DNA of 64,000 nucleotides from NCBI RefSeq assembly GCF_988242995.1, contig NZ_OZ547043.1; one strand, 5' to 3'. Shown piece by piece: positions 55,977 to 64,000 of this stretch (position 1 is its first letter; each line of letters starts with the position of its first letter). The notes under the pieces were generated by a model. It saw only the letters and a program-made list of their open reading frames with translations, ran no database searches and was not told where the DNA came from. The position numbers and the translations under genes were made by a program.

Positions 55977-57500
55977 ATGCGCAATACACTCATACCCATC
56001 TTCATTGCGATATGCTTGTTTATAACCGGTGTCACTATTTTGAACATCCAGCTCTGGTATTCCGCAAAAGCAGAGTACCTGGCGGGAGCAAGATATGCAG
56101 CCAACAATATCAATCATATACTTGAAGAAGCGTCACAGGCGACTCAAACGGCGGTTAACATTGCCGGGAAGGAATGCGACCTCGAGGAGCAATATCAGCT
56201 TGGCACTGAAGCAGCTCTGAAACCTCACCTGCGCACAATCATCATTCTCAAACAGGGAACGGTCTGGTGTACATCCTTACCGGGGAATCGGGTCCTACTG
56301 TCTCGTATTCCTGTTTTCCCGGACAGTAATTTACTGCTGGCTCCGGCAATCGACACCGTTAATAGATTACCTATCCTGCTCTATCAGAGCCAATTTGCAG
56401 ATACGCGCATTTTGGTTACGATAAGTGATCAGCATATTCGCGGGGCGCTTAATGTACCCTTGAAAGGGGTAAGGTATGTATTACGCGTGGCAGATGACAT
56501 TATTGGACCTACGGGTGATGTGATGACGCTTAATGGACACTATCCCTATACCGAGAAGGTTCACTCCACAAAATATCATTTCACTATTATCTTTAACCCG
56601 CCGCCACTCTTTAGCTTCTACAGACTTATCGATAAAGGCTTTGGGATTTTGATATTTATTCTGTTAATCGCCTGCGCCGCTGCCTTCCTGCTTGATAGGT
56701 ATTTCAATAAAAGCGCAACGCCTGAAGAGATCCTGCGACGGGCTATAAATAATGGGGAGATCGTCCCATTTTACCAACCTGTGGTAAATGGTCGGGAAGG
56801 GACATTGCGGGGAGTTGAGGTGTTAGCCCGCTGGAAACAACCTCACGGTGGATATATATCACCCGCGGCATTTATTCCACTTGCTGAAAAATCCGGATTA
56901 ATCGTTCCGCTTACGCAAAGCCTGATGAATCAGGTTGCCAGACAGATGAACGCTATCGCGAGTAAACTGCCGGAAGGTTTTCATATTGGGATTAATTTTA
57001 GCGCCTCGCATATTATTTCGCCGACATTTGTCGACGAGTGCTTAAATTACCGTGACAGTTTTACCCGTCGCGATTTAAACCTCGTTCTGGAAGTTACCGA
57101 GCGTGAGCCATTAAATGTTGATGAAAGTCTGGTTCAGCGGTTGAACATTCTGCATGAAAATGGTTTTGTCATCGCGCTGGATGATTTCGGTACTGGCTAC
57201 TCAGGGCTTTCTTATCTGCATGACCTGCATATTGATTATATCAAAATTGATCACAGTTTCGTTGGCCGCGTAAACGCAGACCCAGAATCAACTCGGATTC
57301 TGGATTGTGTATTGGATCTGGCGCGTAAACTTTCGATCAGTATCGTCGCTGAAGGTGTCGAAACGAAAGAACAACTTGACTATCTGAATCAAAATAATAT
57401 CACATTTCAGCAGGGTTATTATTTCTATAAACCGGTAACATACATCGACCTGGTCAAAATTATCCTTTCTAAACCGAAGGTGAAGGTTGTGGTTGAGTGA
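55977..57500 (+). CDS. pdeG: c-di-GMP phosphodiesterase with periplasmic CSS-type sensor and EAL domain
   Basis: 507 aa from MRNTLIPIF start; N-terminal and mid transmembrane segments; C-terminal EAL domain. Confidence 0.85.
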   Translation: MRNTLIPIFIAICLFITGVTILNIQLWYSAKAEYLAGARYAANNINHILEEASQATQTAVNIAGKECDLEEQYQLGTEAALKPHLRTIIILKQGTVWCTSLPGNRVLLSRIPVFPDSNLLLAPAIDTVNRLPILLYQSQFADTRILVTISDQHIRGALNVPLKGVRYVLRVADDIIGPTGDVMTLNGHYPYTEKVHSTKYHFTIIFNPPPLFSFYRLIDKGFGILIFILLIACAAAFLLDRYFNKSATPEEILRRAINNGEIVPFYQPVVNGREGTLRGVEVLARWKQPHGGYISPAAFIPLAEKSGLIVPLTQSLMNQVARQMNAIASKLPEGFHIGINFSASHIISPTFVDECLNYRDSFTRRDLNLVLEVTEREPLNVDESLVQRLNILHENGFVIALDDFGTGYSGLSYLHDLHIDYIKIDHSFVGRVNADPESTRILDCVLDLARKLSISIVAEGVETKEQLDYLNQNNITFQQGYYFYKPVTYIDLVKIILSKPKVKVVVE

Positions 57501-57631
57501 AAATCGATCAGTAAGGCCATAGTGCGGTGTAATTATAGACAGCTAATTAGCTCGTTGCCTCTTGTTACTATTGTTCATTATTTTGTTTGCTATAATTGTT
57601 TGAAAGTTTTGACAGGATTGCCATTAGTAGC

Positions 57632-57850
57632 ATGAACAATAGTAATAATCTGGATTATTTCACTCTCTATATCATCTTTTCCATTGCATTTATGCTGATC
57701 ACTCTCCTGGTCATCCTTATTGCAAAACCCAGTACCGGGCTGGGAGAAGTGCTTGTGACGATAAATTTGCTTAATGCCCTTGTTTGGCTGGCGATCAATC
57801 TGATTAATCGATTAAGGGAAAGACTCGTCAGCCACAGGGATCAGCAATAA
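57632..57850 (+). CDS. ymgF: small inner-membrane protein YmgF
   Basis: 72 aa; two hydrophobic helices; synteny. Confidence 0.75.
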   Translation: MNNSNNLDYFTLYIIFSIAFMLITLLVILIAKPSTGLGEVLVTINLLNALVWLAINLINRLRERLVSHRDQQ

Positions 57851-58249
57851 TCTTTCAGTTTCTCACTGTCAGTATGCGGCTGAATGGGGTGCTGACAGTG
57901 AACGCCTGGATCATTGAAGGAAAGGAATTATTGCGCAAATAGTTGTCAACCCTGGTGTTATCACAGTTGGTTTTATATATCATCGAAATAATTTCTATGG
58001 CAACTATTAATAATTTTGATGTCGAAGAGTTATTTGTTAAACAAAATCGTCACCCCAAAGTGATCAATGTCATGAAAATAAGGTGAAAAATGATAATGCC
58101 GCCTTATTTATCATTTATATATTGTCGCTGTTTATCTATTTAAATTTTTTGTGCTTTTGTTTTTGTCTTTACCCTCCGTTTTGGTAATCTGAACTCATAG
58201 GTTATTTGACCAGGAATGTTTGTTAATCCAATGAATGGATGGTTAATCT

Positions 58250-60913
58250 ATGAAACTGAAAAAACTCCCCGGGTTTAGTTTAGGACTTATTGCTTTGGCG
58301 GTGGGTAATGCATATGCAACACAATTGTTGGATGATTATAGTATACTTTCCTATATAACTGATGAAGAATCGCCGATTGAAATCAAAGATAATAATTCGA
58401 TAAGTAATGGAGAGTATCTAACCACTAAAGACGAAAGCCATGCTGTGAAAGTGGATGACGGTGTAACTGGATATATAAATAATGCCAGTGTGATGACTAG
58501 TGGTGATGGATCTTATGGTATTTCTGTTGATAGTCATAACAAAGTATTATATATAAGCGATAGCGATATTAAGACCTCTGGAAGCGTATCTGACAAAGGA
58601 AATAACCAAGATGTTAATGGAGGGATAACAGCCAGCGCAGTAGTCAGTGAATTTGGTGGCACCATCGTTATGAATGGTGATAATTCAGTCGAGACGAGGG
58701 GGGCATATTCAGCGGGACTTTTAAGTCAGGTTAATGATTCTGGGATTGTGGAAAATAACACCCGTCTTGAAACCACAGATAAAACGAACATTGTTACCTA
58801 TGGGGAAAATGCAGTAGGTGTTCTTGCATGTTCAAGTCCTGGAGAGCCTCGAACATGTGTCGATGCTGTAGATGATGAAGTTAGTGATTCTAACAGTTAC
58901 GAAGTTATTAGCCGTGCTGATTTAAAAATGAATGGTGGTTCCATAACAACTAATGGCACTAATAGCTATGGTGCTTATGCTAATGGGGAAAAAGCATATA
59001 TTAATTTAGATTATGTGGCACTTGAAACCGGGGAGCATGGAAGTTATGCAGTTGCTATTCGACAAGGTAACATTGATATAAAAAATAGTTCTATTACAAC
59101 AAAAGGCACTAAAGCCCCCATTGCAAAAATATACAATGGTGGAGAGTTATTTTTTTCCAATGTCACCGCGGTATCAGAACAAGATAAAGGAATATCAATT
59201 GATGCATCAAATATCGATTCTCAAGCCAAAATAGCACTATCAAGTGTCGAACTTTCAAGTGCTTTGGATAGTATTGATGTTAACAAAACTACAACGGATG
59301 TAAGCATCCTTAATCGAAGTATTATCACGCCTGGTAATAATATTCTGGTTAATAATACTGGAGGTGGCTTAAACATAATTTCGTCCGACTCTACTCTAAA
59401 TGGAGCGACTAAACTCGTTAGCGGCACAACCACACTGAAGCTTTCAGAAAACACAATCTGGAATATGAAAGATGACTCCGTTGTTACCCATCTGACTAAT
59501 TCAGACAGTATTATCAATCTTTCGTATGATGGTGGTCAAACATTTACCCAGGGAAAAACGTTAACCGTAAAAGGTAATTATGTCGGTGATAATGGTCAGC
59601 TTAATATCCGCACCGTATTAGGTGATGATAAATCGGCTACGGACAGACTGATTGTTGAGGGTAATACTTCGGGGTCAACTACCGTCTATGTGAAAAATGC
59701 TGGAGGAAGCGGCGCGGCCACGCTAAATGGGATCGAACTCATAACTGTGAATGGCGATGAATCTCCAGCAGATGCCTTCAGACAAGGTGATGCAAGGATT
59801 GCAGCTGGAGCTTTCGAATATCAACTAAAACAACAAGGCAAAAACTGGTATTTGACAAGTTATCAGTCAGTGAATGAGGAGGATAACAGCTCAGAGGGAA
59901 ATTCAGAATCAACAGAAACGCCTACCCCCGTCCTGCGCCCCGAAGCTGGAAGTTACGTCGCCAACCTGGCAGCCGCTAACACTCTTTTTGTTATGCGTCT
60001 GAACGATCGTGCAGGTGAAACGCGCTACATCGATCCTGTAACTGAACAGGAGCGTTCAAGCCGACTTTGGCTACGTCAAATTGGCGGGCATAATGCCTGG
60101 CGTGACAGCAACGGACAGTTGAGAACGACCTCGCATCGCTACGTCTCGCAGTTAGGGGCGGATCTGTTAACCGGTGGTTTTACCGACAGTGACAGTTGGC
60201 GTTTGGGAGTGTTGGCTGGTTATGCCCGCGACTACAACTCAACTCATTCCAGCGTGTCGGATTATCGTTCGAAAGGGAGTGTCAGAGGCTATAGCGCAGG
60301 GCTGTATGCCACCTGGTTTGCCGATGACATCAGTAAAAAAGGCGCATACATTGACGCCTGGGCGCAATATAGCTGGTTTAAAAACTCGGTGAAAGGGGAT
60401 GAGTTAGCCTATGAATCCTATAGCGCGAAAGGTGCAACCGTCTCGCTGGAAGCGGGTTACGGTTTTGCCCTGAATAAATCCTTTGGTCTGGAAGCGGCGA
60501 AATATACGTGGATCTTCCAGCCACAGGCACAGGCTATCTGGATGGGCGTCGATCATAATGCGCACACGGAAGCCAATGGCTCACGTATTGAGAATGACGC
60601 AAATAACAACATCCAGACCCGACTCGGCTTCCGCACCTTTATTCGTACTCAGGAGAAAAACAGCGGTCCGCACGGTGACGACTTTGAACCTTTTGTTGAA
60701 ATGAACTGGATCCATAACAGTAAAGATTTTGCTGTCTCAATGAACGGTGTGAAAGTTGAACAAGACGGGGCGCGTAATCTGGGGGAAATTAAACTTGGCG
60801 TAAATGGCAATCTGAATCCGGCGGCCAGCGTCTGGGGTAATGTGGGCGTGCAGCTGGGTGATAATGGCTACAATGACACCGCAATGATGGTGGGCCTGAA
60901 ATATAAGTTCTGA
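58250..60913 (+). CDS. ycgH: type Va autotransporter (signal peptide, repetitive passenger, C-terminal beta-barrel), uninterrupted
   Basis: 887 aa; signal peptide MKLKKLPGFSLGLIALAVGNAYA; C-terminal ...MVGLKYKF barrel terminus; position after ymgF. Confidence 0.85.
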   Translation: MKLKKLPGFSLGLIALAVGNAYATQLLDDYSILSYITDEESPIEIKDNNSISNGEYLTTKDESHAVKVDDGVTGYINNASVMTSGDGSYGISVDSHNKVLYISDSDIKTSGSVSDKGNNQDVNGGITASAVVSEFGGTIVMNGDNSVETRGAYSAGLLSQVNDSGIVENNTRLETTDKTNIVTYGENAVGVLACSSPGEPRTCVDAVDDEVSDSNSYEVISRADLKMNGGSITTNGTNSYGAYANGEKAYINLDYVALETGEHGSYAVAIRQGNIDIKNSSITTKGTKAPIAKIYNGGELFFSNVTAVSEQDKGISIDASNIDSQAKIALSSVELSSALDSIDVNKTTTDVSILNRSIITPGNNILVNNTGGGLNIISSDSTLNGATKLVSGTTTLKLSENTIWNMKDDSVVTHLTNSDSIINLSYDGGQTFTQGKTLTVKGNYVGDNGQLNIRTVLGDDKSATDRLIVEGNTSGSTTVYVKNAGGSGAATLNGIELITVNGDESPADAFRQGDARIAAGAFEYQLKQQGKNWYLTSYQSVNEEDNSSEGNSESTETPTPVLRPEAGSYVANLAAANTLFVMRLNDRAGETRYIDPVTEQERSSRLWLRQIGGHNAWRDSNGQLRTTSHRYVSQLGADLLTGGFTDSDSWRLGVLAGYARDYNSTHSSVSDYRSKGSVRGYSAGLYATWFADDISKKGAYIDAWAQYSWFKNSVKGDELAYESYSAKGATVSLEAGYGFALNKSFGLEAAKYTWIFQPQAQAIWMGVDHNAHTEANGSRIENDANNNIQTRLGFRTFIRTQEKNSGPHGDDFEPFVEMNWIHNSKDFAVSMNGVKVEQDGARNLGEIKLGVNGNLNPAASVWGNVGVQLGDNGYNDTAMMVGLKYKF

Positions 60914-60968
60914 TCCCCGTTAGCTAAAATACCGCGTCGAATTCATCGACGCGGTAACATATTAAATA

Positions 60969-61298
60969 TTATTTTTTGCCGATAGCACGCATAGTGTCAT
61001 CAATTGCCGTGATCAACAGCATTTGCGGGTCTTTAGCGCAAACCTGATTCAGTTTTTCTACCACTTTGGCGCTTAGTTCCGGAGATTGCTCAATTTTTAA
61101 ATCACGGCTGGCAACGCTGGCATTACCCATTACCGCAACAATTTCTGCAACCTGTGCGCTGTCAGTTTTTGCCATTTCGTTGGCTTCTGCGCAAGTAATA
61201 TAGGTTTCTGACGGCAAACCGTTTTTAATATTGTAGTCCTGCGCCCAGGTCATTGGTGCGAAAACAAACAGACCTGCCAGTAAAGCAAATTTTTTCAT
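60969..61298 (-). CDS. ymgD: periplasmic protein YmgD
   Basis: about 109 aa with signal peptide; synteny. Confidence 0.75.
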   Translation of the reverse strand: MKKFALLAGLFVFAPMTWAQDYNIKNGLPSETYITCAEANEMAKTDSAQVAEIVAVMGNASVASRDLKIEQSPELSAKVVEKLNQVCAKDPQMLLITAIDDTMRAIGKK

Positions 61299-61307
61299 CA
61301 TCATTCC

Positions 61308-61652
61308 TTATTTCATTTTACCCAGAATTGCACCACCCGTACCGCCAATCACGGCACCTTTAATCGCCCCTTCGAGGCCATTGCCGGTCAGAACGCCAGT
61401 GACAGCACCAACGGCGGCACCCACTTTTGCACCTTTACGCGCATTTTTACCGTCGCGGCCTTTTTCTGTTACTGCACCAACACCAGCGCCAACAGCTGCA
61501 CCTTTCAGTACGCCATTAACACCATTGCCAGTAAGTAAACCAACGCCTGCGCCTAGCAATGCACCTTTCGTGGTGCGGTTCATATCCGCCATCGCTGGCG
61601 TGGAGCAGAACAATGCTGAGATAAGCCCGAAGGCAAGTATTTTTTTCTTCAA
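61308..61652 (-). CDS. ymgG: glycine-zipper (YmgG family) periplasmic/membrane protein
   Basis: 114 aa; signal peptide; repeated GxGxxxG segments. Confidence 0.78.
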
Positions 61653-62257
61653 CTTAGATGTCCGGTATTAAGTAAGTTGCACACACAATAATTTCGTCTT
61701 CAATTAAGATCTGCTTAACTAAAGAACGCTCGCTATTATTCAGATAATTCAAAATGAGCGTGACTGTGATGATAGGAATTATGTTTTTTACGGGAATGAG
61801 AATAATCTCAAATGAGAAATAACTCATTGATTGACAATATTTTTATTCAAGAAGTGTCATTGACTGTTAATACAATGTTGTAAAGGTAAGATAATCTGAT
61901 TTATCAATATTATTGTGTGATTTTTATGTGAGCAGAAGATATTCATCAGCAACGATTACATTAGTCATTTTATTTTGCCGACGGCCTCATTGTCGAAAAA
62001 TAAGCGTACGACAGTATTATCAGAAAAGAGTGATTTTTTATCCAACTACACTTCAGCGCACTGCGTTTAAAAAGTGCCTCTTTCTTATGCGGGATATCAT
62101 CATTTCATCATGATGTCTTTGATGAGCGGTGAACACAATACACCTGCGCTGTCTCTTCAGGATGAATCCCCTGGTCTGGTGCCTGCGGGCTGATGTTGCA
62201 GCAGAGCTTAGGTCACTTAGACGCTACTCAGTATTCATTTTTCAGAGGATGAAATTT

Positions 62258-64000
62258 ATGAACAGAACCAGTCGCTATTATTTTCACCGCTCAGTACTTT
62301 CCTTATTGATAGCTGCCATGATATATGCCCCTCCCGGGATGACGGCTTTCACTTCTAATGTTATTGGTGTTGTAAATGATGAGACTGTAGACGGCAGCCA
62401 AAGAGTAGATGAACGAGGTACAACAAATAATGCTCATATCATCAATCACGGCAATCAGGAGGTATATGGCGGGATTTCTAATGGAAGTGTTATTGATACT
62501 GGTGGACATCAAGAGGTATCTGGTCATGGCTCTTATCAGGGGCAGGCTAATAATACAGTCATTAACGGTGGCAGCCAGACAATTAGTGAGGGAGGAATTT
62601 CTACAGGGACGATAATTAACGATAAAGGAACAATGTCAGTTTTAACGAATGCTAAAGCTGATGCGACCCGAATAGATAACGGCGGGGCCATGGATGTTGC
62701 CGGGAACGCGACTAATACCATAATTAATGGCGGTACACAGAATATTTATAATCATGGTATTGCTACGGGAACTAATATCAACAGTGGCACGCAAAATATC
62801 AAGAGCGGCGGGAAAGCTGACACAACAAATATCTCTTCCGGGAGCAAGCAGGTTGTTGAGAAAGGAGGTACGGCAACTGGCAGCAATATTCGCGCCGGAG
62901 GCACGCTGATTGTCGATACCGGCGGTATCGCACATGGGGTTTACCTGGACACGGGGAGCGCTTTAGTTGCCAATACGGGCGCGGGGACTGATATTGATGG
63001 ATACCAGAGGTCATCTCACTTCACTATTACCGGAGGCAGGGCTGAGCATGTTGTGCTGGAAAATACCGGCCAACTGACGGTCGTAGCTCAAACCTCGGCG
63101 GTAGATACCATCGTTGATGCTGGCGGTAAGCTGATTGTCCACGAGGAGGCCGTAGCATATACCACCAGACTTAACAATGGCGGCATACTCGATGTGCGGG
63201 AGAAAGGCAGCGCAACGGGGATACAGCAGAGTAGTCAGGGCGCGTTGGTTGCAACCACCAGGGCGACGCGGGTCACAGGGACACGCGCTGATGGCGTCGC
63301 GTTCAGCATCGAGCAGGGTGCGGCGAACAATATCCTGCTGACAAATGGCGGCGTGTTAACCGTGGAGTCAGACACCACTTCCGCCAAAACACAGGTCAAT
63401 GCGGGCGGTCGGGAGATCGTCAAAACAAAAGCCACTGCGACAGGCACGACGCTCACTGGCGGTGAACAAATCGTCGAGGGTGTGGCAAATGAGACAACAA
63501 TTAACGACGGCGGAATACAAACAGTTTCAGCTAACGGAGAGGCAATAAAAACAACGATCAATGAAGGCGGAACGCTGACAGTCAACGATAATGGCAAAGC
63601 GACAGATATCGTCCAGAACAGCGGTGCCGCTCTCCAGACGAGCACGGCTAACGGTATTGAAATCAGCGGTACGCACCAGTACGGCACCTTTTCCATTGCC
63701 AGCAATTTAGCGACCAATATGTTGCTGGAAAATGGCGGTAATTTATTGGTATTAGCAGGTACCGAAGCCCGTGACTCCACGGTTGACAAGGGTGGTGCAA
63801 TGCAAAACCTGGGTCAGGACTCCGCCACAAAGGTTAACTCTGGTGGGCAATATACCCTTGGGCGGTCAAAAGATGAGTTTCAGGCTCTGGCCCGGGCAGA
63901 AGATCTACAGGTCTCTGGTGGGACGGCAATCGTCTACGCAGGTACGTTGGCGAATGCATCGGTCAGTGGCGCGACAGGAAGCCTGTCGTTAATGACGCCA
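62258..64000 (+). CDS. AIDA-I/Ag43-type autotransporter adhesin, N-terminal passenger portion (3' end beyond window); occupies the position of K-12 ycgI
   Basis: my own translation from ATG 62258 (SD agagga) found no in-frame stop to position 64000; about 19-aa repeats such as T.IN.GG.Q.V..GG.A..T typical of beta-helix passenger domains; absent from ORF track only because no stop codon falls inside the window. Confidence 0.75.
   Translation, partial: MNRTSRYYFHRSVLSLLIAAMIYAPPGMTAFTSNVIGVVNDETVDGSQRVDERGTTNNAHIINHGNQEVYGGISNGSVIDTGGHQEVSGHGSYQGQANNTVINGGSQTISEGGISTGTIINDKGTMSVLTNAKADATRIDNGGAMDVAGNATNTIINGGTQNIYNHGIATGTNINSGTQNIKSGGKADTTNISSGSKQVVEKGGTATGSNIRAGGTLIVDTGGIAHGVYLDTGSALVANTGAGTDIDGYQRSSHFTITGGRAEHVVLENTGQLTVVAQTSAVDTIVDAGGKLIVHEEAVAYTTRLNNGGILDVREKGSATGIQQSSQGALVATTRATRVTGTRADGVAFSIEQGAANNILLTNGGVLTVESDTTSAKTQVNAGGREIVKTKATATGTTLTGGEQIVEGVANETTINDGGIQTVSANGEAIKTTINEGGTLTVNDNGKATDIVQNSGAALQTSTANGIEISGTHQYGTFSIASNLATNMLLENGGNLLVLAGTEARDSTVDKGGAMQNLGQDSATKVNSGGQYTLGRSKDEFQALARAEDLQVSGGTAIVYAGTLANASVSGATGSLSLMTP

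Noticed and set aside
58250-64000. Repetitive DNA within the two autotransporter genes as non-coding repeats
   Set aside because: The repeats are in-frame, degenerate at the nucleotide level and translate into beta-helix passenger motifs; they are coding repeats.

Overview
This window is a contiguous stretch of Escherichia coli chromosome, running from the fab fatty-acid synthesis cluster to the biofilm/autotransporter region that precedes minCDE in K-12. Gene order: fabH' (partial) -fabD-fabG-acpP-fabF-pabC-mltG-tmk-holB-ycfH, ptsG, fhuE, hinT-ycfL-lpoB-thiK-nagZ-ycfP, ndh, ycfJ, comR, bhsA, ldtC, mfd, ycfT, lolCDE-nagK-cobB, ycfZ-ymfA, potDCBA, pepT, roxA, phoQP, purB-hflD, mnmA-nudJ-rluE, icd, iraM, ycgX, bluR-bluF, ycgZ-ymgA-ariR-ymgC, pdeG, ymgF, ycgH, ymgD-ymgG, and the start of a second autotransporter. 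Gene names come from reading the translated ORFs against remembered K-12 proteins; no database search was run. I did not find a convincing previously undescribed multi-gene system: every large ORF is accounted for by a known gene. What differs from K-12 is strain-specific: (1) a complete 1432-bp IS3-family element (IS1397-like) inserted in a REP palindromic unit between ndh and ycfJ; (2) two identical IS200-like copies in direct orientation about 28.6 kb apart, each just 3' of a terminator hairpin; (3) no e14 prophage at icd, with iraM lying between two imperfect copies of the icd 3'-end terminator; (4) an uninterrupted 887-aa ycgH autotransporter and a second autotransporter frame open to the window edge; (5) minor variants such as a 6-residue shorter CobB. 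No tRNA, rRNA or CRISPR array was seen. Hand-located motif coordinates may be off by 1-3 bp.
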